64,000 bases of DNA, taken from contig CAYOLA010000031.1 in the NCBI GenBank assembly GCA_964404735.1, positions 1,958-65,957 on the forward strand, written 5' to 3'. The position numbers were made by a program, and so were the translations under genes. Source of the stretch: an uncultured Bacteroidales bacterium (GTDB lineage Bacteria > Bacteroidota > Bacteroidia > Bacteroidales > B18-G4). The notes below the pieces were generated by a model. That model was not told where the DNA came from. It ran no database searches and was given only the letters and a program-made list of their open reading frames with translations. Positions 19,323 to 28,254 of this stretch are shown here, one piece after another. Positions within the stretch are counted from its first letter, which is position 1. Every line of letters begins with the position of its first letter.

Positions 19323-20677
19323 CAGGTTTACTGCATACAAATACGATATACATGATCGGTATTGGCGGCATCGGGATGAGCGCCCTGGCAAGGTATTTTC
19401 TCAGCCTGGGAAAGGAAGTGTCGGGATATGACCGTAGCCCCACCCCGCTCACGGCAGCGCTTAAAGGAGAAGGCATCAACATCCATTACATGGATGATCC
19501 GGCTTATATACCGTGTGATGCCGGCCTTGTGATCTATACACCGGCCATTCCCCCCGACAATAAAGAACTGCTTTATTGCCGCGAACATGGGTTTGCCCTC
19601 ATGAAACGTGCTGAAGTGCTGGGTGAGATCGCAGCCGGGTACAAGACCATTGCAGTAGCCGGGACACACGGCAAAACAAGCATCACGTCAATGATCACGC
19701 ACATCATGCATCATGGAGGGGTAGCGGTAACAGCCTTACTGGGCGGCATCATGCAGGATTATGACACCAATTTCATCGGTACGGCCAACAGCCGTTATCT
19801 GGTAGCCGAAGCCGATGAGTACGACCGCTCATTCCTGAAGCTGTCACCATCGATCGCTGTAATCTCCAGCATGGCAGCCGACCACCTCGACATCTACGGA
19901 TCGGTTGAAGAAATGATGCTGTCGTTCGGGGAGTTTACAAAAAAGATCAGGCCGGGTGGAACCCTCATTATCCATGAGCGCATCGCCGGCAGATTATCTT
20001 TACCCGAAGGCACTATTATTTACGGAGAAAACAAGGGGGCCAGGCTGAAAATATCAGACATCAGAATAGAAGGCCACCATTACCTGTTTACGCTGAAAAG
20101 CGAAAACGGCCCGATCAGCATAAGGATGAAAGTGCCGGGCAGGCACAATATCGAAAATGCAGCGGCAGCCGCAGCGGCCTGCATGAAGGCGGGCATGGGA
20201 CCGGAAGCCGTAAAGGCAGGGCTTGAGACCTATCCGGGGGTGAAACGCCGATTTGAATTCGTCAGGGAAACAGAGGAAACCATTTTCATCGACGACTACG
20301 CCCATCATCCGGATGAGATCAAAGCATGCATTAACACAGCCAGGGAGCTTTTCCCGGGAAAAAAGATCACCGGGGTCTTCCAGCCTCACCTTTACAGCCG
20401 CACACGCGACCTGGCAATGGACTTCGCCCTCAGCCTGTCGCTGCTCGACGAACTCATACTGCTCGACATATACCCCGCACGCGAAAAGCCCATTGAAGGT
20501 GTTAATGCAGGCATGCTTCTGCAGATGACAGCGCTGAAGGAAAAAAGCCTGGTACCAAAGCAGGATCTGGTAACAACCATCCTGCAAAAAAGGCCGGAAG
20601 TGCTCATCACCATGGGTGCGGGCGACATCGACCAGTTGGTAAAACCCATAAAAACAGCTTTGTTCAAGACGAAATGA
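19319..20677 (+). CDS. murC: UDP-N-acetylmuramate--L-alanine ligase
   Basis: GIGGIGMSALA, AGTHGKTS and DDYAHHP motifs. 4-nt overlap with murG. Confidence 0.92.
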   Translation: MTGLLHTNTIYMIGIGGIGMSALARYFLSLGKEVSGYDRSPTPLTAALKGEGINIHYMDDPAYIPCDAGLVIYTPAIPPDNKELLYCREHGFALMKRAEVLGEIAAGYKTIAVAGTHGKTSITSMITHIMHHGGVAVTALLGGIMQDYDTNFIGTANSRYLVAEADEYDRSFLKLSPSIAVISSMAADHLDIYGSVEEMMLSFGEFTKKIRPGGTLIIHERIAGRLSLPEGTIIYGENKGARLKISDIRIEGHHYLFTLKSENGPISIRMKVPGRHNIENAAAAAAACMKAGMGPEAVKAGLETYPGVKRRFEFVRETEETIFIDDYAHHPDEIKACINTARELFPGKKITGVFQPHLYSRTRDLAMDFALSLSLLDELILLDIYPAREKPIEGVNAGMLLQMTALKEKSLVPKQDLVTTILQKRPEVLITMGAGDIDQLVKPIKTALFKTK

Positions 20678-21453
20678 AAAAGATCCTCTCCATACTGTTC
20701 TGGACCCTGCTGGTAGCGGCAGTCATTATTGCCATGGCTTTTATTGGCAGCAAGCATGATGAAACCACCTGCCGGCAGTTCGACCTGTATGTTGCCGGGC
20801 CGGCTGAGGATGCCCTGATGAGTGCAGCGGACATTTCCGGCATCATCATCAAGCGGCTCGACAGCCTGGAAGGAAAGACCCTGGGCGAGATCGACATTTG
20901 CAGGATCCACGACATCCTCGACTCCATCCCCTATATCCGGAAAACCGATGTGAAAAGCGGCATTTCAGGCGTGCTGTCGGTGACCGTCCATCTGCGGCAA
21001 CCCTTGTTAAGGATCATGGACAAAAACCATCGTAACTACTATATCGACCGCGAGGGGTATCTGCTGCCGGTGAGGCCGGGAAATCCCGGAAGGGTGCTCA
21101 TCGCAAACGGCAACATAAGCTTTTCCGGCAAAGACAATTTAACCGGTACGCACATACGCTCACTACCCGAGGGATCACTAACGGTGAAACTATATGAACT
21201 CGCCCTGGCAATTGATTCTTCCCCTTTCCTGAAACACTTGTTGTCGCAAGTCTGGATCAACAAGCAGGGGGAGGCGGAACTGGTGCCCCTGCTTGGCGGT
21301 CACACCATCCATTTCGGCAGCCTGGACAACATGGATGAAAAACTTGACAAGCTGATCACTTTCTACCGGGAAGGAGCCGGCAAAGCCGGATGGATCGAAT
21401 ACCGCTCCATCGACCTGAGATATAAAAATCAAATAATCTGTTCAAAAAAATAA
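20674..21453 (+). CDS. ftsQ: Cell division protein FtsQ
   Basis: 259 aa with an N-terminal TM anchor (ILFWTLLVAAVIIAMAFIG), then a POTRA-like and FtsQ-type domain. Position is between murC and ftsA, with a 4-nt overlap with murC. Confidence 0.75.
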   Translation: MKKILSILFWTLLVAAVIIAMAFIGSKHDETTCRQFDLYVAGPAEDALMSAADISGIIIKRLDSLEGKTLGEIDICRIHDILDSIPYIRKTDVKSGISGVLSVTVHLRQPLLRIMDKNHRNYYIDREGYLLPVRPGNPGRVLIANGNISFSGKDNLTGTHIRSLPEGSLTVKLYELALAIDSSPFLKHLLSQVWINKQGEAELVPLLGGHTIHFGSLDNMDEKLDKLITFYREGAGKAGWIEYRSIDLRYKNQIICSKK

Positions 21454-21457
21454 AGTC

Positions 21458-22741
<1,284 letters not shown>

Positions 22742-22823
22742 AGAAATCAACAGCCATATTGTTAACAAAAACAGGAACAGCAAAAAAAAAACCCGTATTA
22801 ATCATCTAAATTTAAAGAATAAA

Positions 22824-24464
22824 ATGGAGGATATGTTAAAATTTGAAATGCCGAAGAACCAGTCGTCAATCATCAAGGTACTGGGAGTTGGAGGCGGTGG
22901 CAGTAATGCGGTGAACCACATGTACAACCAGGGGATCACGGGGGTCGATTTCGTGGTTTGCAACACCGATGCCCAGGCACTCGACATGAGTCCCGTCCCG
23001 AACAAGATCAGCCTCGGTGAAAAAGGGCTTGGTGCCGGCAGTAAGCCATCGGTTGCTGAAAAAGCTGCCATTGACAAGTCGGAAGAGATCAAAAAGATCC
23101 TTTCATCGAACACCGAAATGCTCTTCATCACTGCCGGAATGGGGGGTGGTACCGGCACCGGGGCAGCACCCATCATTGCCAGGCTGGCCAAAGAAATTGA
23201 CCTGAACGACGAAGATGTCAACAAGATACTGGTTGTCGCCATCGTCACAAAACCCTTCAGCTTTGAAGGGAGAAAACGTAAACTGCAAGCCGACAAAGGC
23301 ATTGAAGAGCTGCGAAAATATGCCGATGCCGTGCTGATCATCAGCAACGACAAACTGCGCGAATTATATGGCGACCTGGGCCTTACCGATGCTTTCAGGA
23401 TTGCCGATAACGTTCTGCTCACCGCAGCCAAAGGCATTGCTGAGATCATCACTGTGCGGGCCAATGTAAACATCGACTTCAAGGATGTAAATACCGTTAT
23501 GAAGGACAGTGGCGTTGCCATCATGGGTACCGGCATCGCCGAAGGCGAAGGCCGGGCGAAAAATGCCATTGAACAGGCCCTCAACTCTCCCCTGCTCGAC
23601 GATAACGACATAACCGGAACCAACAACATCCTCCTCTACATGGCTTCAGGCAAAAAGGAGATCTCCATGGACGAGATCACCGAGATCACCGAATATATCC
23701 TCAAAAAAGCAGGCGAAGACGCCAATATCATCTGGGGAGCCGGAAAGGACGAATCACTGGGTGAACAGATCAGTATCACCATCGTGGCAACGGGTTTTAA
23801 GAAAGAAGATAAAATAAACGAGCCAAAAGTGATAAAGGATCTGTATTCCGGCAATTCTGACACAAACAAGGATCCTAACCTGCCCAGGCCTACACGTCCT
23901 GCGTATGAACCCCCTGTTGAAGAGAACGGGAATGACAACAACGATTCGATCAGGCTTATCAGAAAAGATGACCCAAAAAGAAAAGACAACAACGAATCAG
24001 ATCATGTGGGCGCCGTAGCTGAAAAACGCGATGTTATTGTCCATGATCTGGATGATCCGGTACCAGAAATCAAGTTCGTGGTTAATCATGAGCAACCACA
24101 ACCGCCGGAAAAGGAGTACCGGAAACAGCCTGTTGCGGAAGTCCATCCGAATGAGCCCGTCGAGCTCTTCAGAAAAAAAGAAATCAGCAAGCCCGGGATA
24201 CTGACAGAGGAAGAAAAAACAGAACATGAAAAGCGTGCCCTTGACCGGGTCGAAAAACTGCGTCAGCTCAGCATGAAGCTGAAAACGCCCGGTGGCCTTG
24301 CCGACCTGGAGAATGAACCGGCTTTCAGGAGAAGAAACGTCGAACTCTCGGATGAAAAACCTTCTGAAGATACCAGGATCTCACGATATACGCTTTCAAA
24401 CGATGAGGAGGAAGGCACAACACTGCGTTCCGACAATTCATTCCTGCACGACAATGTAGACTAA
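22824..24464 (+). CDS. ftsZ: Cell division GTPase FtsZ with long disordered C-terminal linker
   Basis: GVGGGGSNAVNHM and the tubulin signature GMGGGTGTGAAP. ATG 22824 (MEDMLKFEMPKNQ) is preferred over 22725. The globular core ends near VATGFKKE (~23800). After it come ~210 aa rich in P/E/K/D/N and a terminal conserved peptide ...NSFLHDNVD. Confidence 0.93.
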   Translation: MEDMLKFEMPKNQSSIIKVLGVGGGGSNAVNHMYNQGITGVDFVVCNTDAQALDMSPVPNKISLGEKGLGAGSKPSVAEKAAIDKSEEIKKILSSNTEMLFITAGMGGGTGTGAAPIIARLAKEIDLNDEDVNKILVVAIVTKPFSFEGRKRKLQADKGIEELRKYADAVLIISNDKLRELYGDLGLTDAFRIADNVLLTAAKGIAEIITVRANVNIDFKDVNTVMKDSGVAIMGTGIAEGEGRAKNAIEQALNSPLLDDNDITGTNNILLYMASGKKEISMDEITEITEYILKKAGEDANIIWGAGKDESLGEQISITIVATGFKKEDKINEPKVIKDLYSGNSDTNKDPNLPRPTRPAYEPPVEENGNDNNDSIRLIRKDDPKRKDNNESDHVGAVAEKRDVIVHDLDDPVPEIKFVVNHEQPQPPEKEYRKQPVAEVHPNEPVELFRKKEISKPGILTEEEKTEHEKRALDRVEKLRQLSMKLKTPGGLADLENEPAFRRRNVELSDEKPSEDTRISRYTLSNDEEEGTTLRSDNSFLHDNVD

Positions 24465-24509
24465 AACCATTTCTTTTCAGTAATTTTCAGGCAGCTTTTT
24501 GAACACGAT

Positions 24510-24537
24510 CCCTCGCAGCGATGCGGGGGGTTTTTTT
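24510..24537 (+). terminator. Rho-independent terminator after ftsZ
   Basis: 8-bp stem cccTcgca/tgcgGggg (one G-U pair) with a GCGA tetraloop, followed by G plus T7 (24531-24537), 46 nt after the ftsZ stop. Confidence 0.7.
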
Positions 24538-24553
24538 ATATGGGTTTTAATGT

Positions 24554-24716
24554 TACATGGCTAAATGGTTACATGCCTGCCCCGAGAATCGGGGGCTACA
24601 TGGTTAAATGGTTAAATGGTTAAATGGTTTTAGTGTTTCAGTGACTGGAGAAGACGGGGGTATATTGCTATATTGCTATATTGTTATATTGTTATATTGT
24701 TAAATGGTTACATTGC
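24554..24716. repeat. Three blocks of 8-nt tandem units TA[ACT]AT[GT]G[CT] (14 units in total)
   Basis: Units read in register. Block 1: TACATGGC TAAATGGT TACATGCC (24554-24577). Block 2: TACATGGT TAAATGGT x3 (24597-24628). Block 3: TATATTGC x2, TATATTGT x3, TAAATGGT, TACATTGC (24661-24716). The region is non-coding; only a spurious 71-aa ORF covers it. Confidence 0.8.
24580..24594. repeat. GC hairpin CCCCGA-GAA-TCGGGG, copy 1 of a 14-nt direct repeat
   Basis: The 14-mer CCGAGAATCGGGGG occurs at 24582-24595 and again at 24743-24756. Each copy can fold into a 6-bp stem with a 3-nt loop, and each is followed by (C/T)TA(C/T)ATGG. Confidence 0.7.
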
Positions 24717-24740
24717 TTGTCCCTAGACCTCGTGGGCTTG

Positions 24741-24756
24741 CTCCGAGAATCGGGGG
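24741..24756. repeat. GC hairpin CTCCGA-GAA-TCGGGG, copy 2 of the 14-nt direct repeat
   Basis: The same 14-mer, 161 nt downstream of copy 1. Both copies are preceded by TAAATGGTTACAT(G/T)GC, so the region looks like an imperfect ~150-nt duplication. Confidence 0.7.
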
Positions 24757-24799
24757 TTATATGGCCAATAACCCGGCACCCGGTACCTATAAAATATAT

Positions 24800-24807
24800 T
24801 AACTTTG
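24800..24807 (+). promoter_or_regulatory. Candidate -7 promoter box TAACTTTG
   Basis: Exact TAnnTTTG match 18 nt upstream of ATG 24826. No -33 TTTG at canonical spacing. Confidence 0.35.
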
Positions 24808-24825
24808 TAAAAAACCTAAAACGCT

Positions 24826-25278
24826 ATGACACTTGCCGAAAAGATCAACGACGACATCAAGGCCGCAATGCTGGCCAGGGAGGCAAAAAAGCTTGAAGCC
24901 CTTCGGGCAGTAAAATCAGGCTTATTGCTCCTGAAGACCGGGAAAGGCACTGCCGCAAGTGATATTTCCGCCGAAATGGAAATGGCTTTGCTAAAGAAGC
25001 TGGTCAAGCAACGTAATGAATCGGCCGCGATCTACCGGGAACAGAACCGCACCGACCTGGCCGAAGAAGAGGAATTCCAGGCCAAAATCATCGGGAGCTA
25101 CCTTCCCGAGCAGATCAGCGGGAATCAGTTACGGGACCTTATCCGCCACATTATCAGTGAAAACGGGGCTGAGGGGATGAAAGACATGGGAAAGGTGATG
25201 GGTATGGCGACGAAGCAGCTTGCCGGCAAAGCCGACAATAAGGAAATTGCCGGGATGGTCAGGGAATTGCTTGCCTGA
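24826..25278 (+). CDS. GatB/YqeY domain-containing protein
   Basis: 150 aa. MTLAEKINDDIKAAMLAREAKKLEALRAVKSGLLL...IGSYLPEQ...MGKVMG matches the YqeY family pattern. Confidence 0.85.
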   Translation: MTLAEKINDDIKAAMLAREAKKLEALRAVKSGLLLLKTGKGTAASDISAEMEMALLKKLVKQRNESAAIYREQNRTDLAEEEEFQAKIIGSYLPEQISGNQLRDLIRHIISENGAEGMKDMGKVMGMATKQLAGKADNKEIAGMVRELLA

Positions 25279-25302
25279 TACACAGGCATGAAACAGCACA
25301 AT

Positions 25303-25347
25303 AAAAAAGGCTGTCTGCCAAAATGGCGACAGCCTTTTGTTTTTTTC
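25303..25347. terminator. Bidirectional rho-independent terminator between yqeY-like gene and tsf
   Basis: ggctgtc(t)gcca-aaa-tggc(-)gacagcc is an ~11-bp interrupted stem, flanked by an A-run (25303-25308) and a T-rich run ttttgttttttt (25335-25346). It lies between convergent genes. Confidence 0.75.
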
Positions 25348-25358
25348 AGGATCAAACT

Positions 25359-26195
25359 TTAAGCTCCCAGCATCACCCTGTGGAATCCGGTTACCTTCAG
25401 GTCCTTATTGCTTTCGGCAACATACTGACGTACGGTCTTTTTGGTATCGCGGACAAAATCCTGGTTAAGCAGTGTACTTTCCTTGATAAACTTGCTGACC
25501 TTACCCATGGCGATCTTTTCAAGCATCGCCTCCGGCTTGCCTTCCTGGCGGGCCTGTTCAATTCCAATCTCCAGCTCTTTGTCGAGCACTGCCTGGGGCA
25601 CATCATCTTTGTCGACGGCGATGGGGCTCATGGCGGCAACCTGCATGGCAAGTTCGTGGCCGGTCTTATCAATGTTGTCGCCTTCGGCCATGTTTAAGCC
25701 AAGAATCGTGGCCAGGCGGTTACCCGGATGGATATAGGAGAATACCTTGGGCGCTTCGATGATCTCGTAGGCTCCCAGCTTAATGCTTTCACCGATCTTG
25801 CCCATCTGTTCGCTCACATGCTCTTCCACGGTGCGGCCGTCAAGTTTGAGTGCCAACAACTCTTCGAGGGTTTTGGGAGTTTTATCGAGGGCAAGTGCAA
25901 GAACCAAATTGGTAAAGTCAATAAAATCCTGGTTCTTGGCAACGAAATCGGTTTCGCAGTTCAGCATGACGATGGCAGCAAAATTTGCTTCCTTGTTGGT
26001 GCCGGCAAGGACCACGCCTTCACTGGCAGCTTTGTCGGCACGCTTGGCAGCGATCTTCTGGCCTTTTTTACGGAGTATGTCGATTGCTTTTTCCACATCG
26101 CCTTCGCTTTCGATCAGGGCTTTTTTGCAATCCATCATTCCTGCCCCGGTAATTTTGCGGAGGTTGTTCACTTCAGCAGCTGTAATATTTGCCAT
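25359..26195 (-). CDS. tsf: Translation elongation factor Ts
   Basis: N-terminal UBA-like MANITAAEVNNLRKITGAGMMDCKKAL and typical EF-Ts length. Downstream of rpsB. Confidence 0.93.
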   Translation of the reverse strand: MANITAAEVNNLRKITGAGMMDCKKALIESEGDVEKAIDILRKKGQKIAAKRADKAASEGVVLAGTNKEANFAAIVMLNCETDFVAKNQDFIDFTNLVLALALDKTPKTLEELLALKLDGRTVEEHVSEQMGKIGESIKLGAYEIIEAPKVFSYIHPGNRLATILGLNMAEGDNIDKTGHELAMQVAAMSPIAVDKDDVPQAVLDKELEIGIEQARQEGKPEAMLEKIAMGKVSKFIKESTLLNQDFVRDTKKTVRQYVAESNKDLKVTGFHRVMLGA

Positions 26196-26228
26196 TTTTT
26201 AAAAATTTATATGTTAACGCTTATCTGA

Positions 26229-27149
26229 TTATTTTTTTGAAACAGGCTTCCGTGGCCTCTTGCCGCCTTCCCTTTTCACCGGTTTTTTCTCTGTTTCATC
26301 GCCTTCGGCAGATTTGGACGACAGTTTTCCGCCGCCTTTTTTGACCAGTTTTTCTGCTTCTTCATCTTCAAGGTCGGCATATTCATCACGGGTTTCGTAA
26401 TCTCCATCGTGATCGCCCCCATCGTCGGCGCTGTCTTCGGCATCTTTGCGGTCTTTTTCGATCTTCCTTTCGGCCAATCCCTCTTCAATGGCATCGACCA
26501 TGGTTTTGGTGATGAGAAAGATCGATTTGGAAGCGTCGTCATTGGCAGGGACCGGAAAGTCGATGAGTGTGGGATCCGAATTGGTGTCGACCATGGCGAA
26601 GGTCGGAATATTCAGTTTCCTTGCTTCGGCCACGGCAATTTTTTCCTTCAGGATATCGACAACGAAGATGGCTGAGGGGAGGCGGTTGAGGTCGGCGATA
26701 CTGCCAAGTTGTTTTTCAAGTTTGGCACGTTCGCGGCTGATCTGCAGCCTTTCCCTTTTCGAGAGGTTTATGTAGGTATCCTGCGACAGCATTTTATCGA
26801 TTGACGACATTTTCCTGACGGCCTTGCGGATGGTGGCAAAATTTGTAAGCATACCACCGGGCCAGCGTTCGGTTACATAGGGCATGCCCACCCTTTTCAC
26901 CTGTTCGGCAACGATCTCTTTGGCCTGCTTCTTGGTAGCCACAAAAAGGATCTTTTTGCCAGATTTGGCGATCTGTTTCATAGCCGAGGCAGCTTCTTCG
27001 AGCTTGGCGATGGTTTTGTAAAGGTCGAGGATATGGATCCCGTTGCGCTCCATAAAAATATAGGGGGCCATGTTGGGATTCCATTTTCTTTTGAGGTGTC
27101 CGAAATGCACACCTGCATCTAACAATTCTTCAAAAGTTGTTCTTGCCAT
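26229..27149 (-). CDS. rpsB: 30S ribosomal protein S2 with acidic/basic C-terminal extension
   Basis: MARTTFEELLDAGVHFGHLKRKWNPNMAPYIF. The core is followed by a ~75-aa low-complexity D/E/K tail. Confidence 0.93.
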   Translation of the reverse strand: MARTTFEELLDAGVHFGHLKRKWNPNMAPYIFMERNGIHILDLYKTIAKLEEAASAMKQIAKSGKKILFVATKKQAKEIVAEQVKRVGMPYVTERWPGGMLTNFATIRKAVRKMSSIDKMLSQDTYINLSKRERLQISRERAKLEKQLGSIADLNRLPSAIFVVDILKEKIAVAEARKLNIPTFAMVDTNSDPTLIDFPVPANDDASKSIFLITKTMVDAIEEGLAERKIEKDRKDAEDSADDGGDHDGDYETRDEYADLEDEEAEKLVKKGGGKLSSKSAEGDETEKKPVKREGGKRPRKPVSKK

Positions 27150-27255
27150 TGTTTTATTTTATTGTTTACATTCTTTAAAGGCAATTGCCTGGTAGCACTG
27201 TGATCAATGGTCCGGGCAATTTAGATACTAAACACGTTCCGGTGTCTGGTAATGA

Positions 27256-27642
27256 TTAACGTTTACTGAACTGGAATTTCTTCCTGGCTTTTTTCTGTCC
27301 GGGTTTTTTGCGTTCAACCATACGCGGATCCCTTCTGAGGAGGCCATTTGATTTCAGGACAGGCCTGTGCTCGGGGTCGATCTTGCACAAACCCCTGGAG
27401 ATTGCCAGGCGCAGCGCTTCGGCCTGCCCGGTGATGCCACCCCCGTCGAGGTTGACCATAAGGTCGTATTTCGATTCCGTATTCGTCAGTTGAAAGGGCT
27501 GCTGAACCACATACTGTAAAATGGACGTGGAGAAATATTCTTTCCAGTCTCGCTTATTGATGATGATCTCGCCTTTGCCTTCTTTGATGAACACCCTGGC
27601 GATTGCACTTTTCCTTCTGCCTAATGCATTGATGACGTCCAT
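27256..27642 (-). CDS. rpsI: 30S ribosomal protein S9
   Basis: GGGITGQAEALRLAISRGL and the C-terminal RRDPRMVERKKPGQKKARKKFQFSKR. Confidence 0.93.
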   Translation of the reverse strand: MDVINALGRRKSAIARVFIKEGKGEIIINKRDWKEYFSTSILQYVVQQPFQLTNTESKYDLMVNLDGGGITGQAEALRLAISRGLCKIDPEHRPVLKSNGLLRRDPRMVERKKPGQKKARKKFQFSKR

Positions 27643-27648
27643 GATAAC

Positions 27649-28101
27649 TTACTTTGTTTTGATTTTGTATTCTTTCGGTTGTTGTGCTTCCTGTTTGTGT
27701 TCAGGGCCTGTGTAAACATAAAGGTTCCTGAACAGCTGGCTGCCCAGCCTGTTTTTGGGAAGCATGCCTTTCACGGCATTTTCCACGAGGCGTTCAGGGT
27801 ACTTCGCCAGCACCTCTTTTGCGGTTCTGCTGCGTTGCCCCCCCGGGTAACCCGAATGGCGGATATATTCCTTGTCGTCCCATTTGTTTCCGGTCAGCCT
27901 GACCTTTTCGGCATTGACGATCACCACATTGTCGCCACAGTCTACATGAGGGGTAAATTCGGGTTTGTGTTTGCCCCGAAGAAGCATTGCCACTTCTGAT
28001 GCCAGCCTTCCGAGGATCATGCCGTCCGCATCGATCAACAGCCATTCCTTGTTGACCGTCTGGTTGTTCGCGCTGCGCGTTTTGTAACTTAAAGTATCCA
28101 T
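27649..28101 (-). CDS. rplM: 50S ribosomal protein L13
   Basis: [48 protein letters not shown] is a classic L13 sequence. Confidence 0.93.
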   Translation of the reverse strand: MDTLSYKTRSANNQTVNKEWLLIDADGMILGRLASEVAMLLRGKHKPEFTPHVDCGDNVVIVNAEKVRLTGNKWDDKEYIRHSGYPGGQRSRTAKEVLAKYPERLVENAVKGMLPKNRLGSQLFRNLYVYTGPEHKQEAQQPKEYKIKTK

Positions 28102-28155
28102 TTATAAACCTTTGTTTACTGCTAATCTAATAATCAAGCCCTTGAAAAGGGGGTG

Positions 28156-28187
28156 CAAAGATAGAATTAAGTTTTTGGATTAACAAA
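28156..28187 (-). promoter_or_regulatory. Candidate Bacteroidota sigma-A promoter for rplM-rpsI-rpsB-tsf (TTTG-N20-TATCTTTG)
   Basis: On the minus strand, TTTG (28187-28184), a 20-nt spacer, then TATCTTTG (28163-28156). Both consensus elements are present at canonical spacing, 54 nt upstream of the rplM ATG. Confidence 0.5.
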
Positions 28188-28254
28188 CTTTGGTATTAAA
28201 TATTTTTCCGCTCCGCGCCATCATGCATGCTTTGGCGACAACAACCGGCATGAC

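Noticed and set aside
24554-24716. Possible CRISPR array, because of regularly spaced short repeats.
   Set aside because: The units are only 8 nt and directly abut each other with no unique spacers. No cas genes are in the window. It is reported instead as an octamer tandem repeat.
24681-24896. A 71-aa ORF spanning the octamer repeats and the start of the yqeY-like gene.
   Set aside because: Its translation (MLYCYIVKWLHCLSLD...) is just the repeat read in frame. It also overlaps the real YqeY-family gene out of frame.
27180-27189. A 10-bp palindrome GGCAATTGCC in the rpsI-rpsB spacer, considered as an S2 autoregulatory element.
   Set aside because: A single short palindrome, with no further structure that I could build, cannot be distinguished from chance without comparative data.
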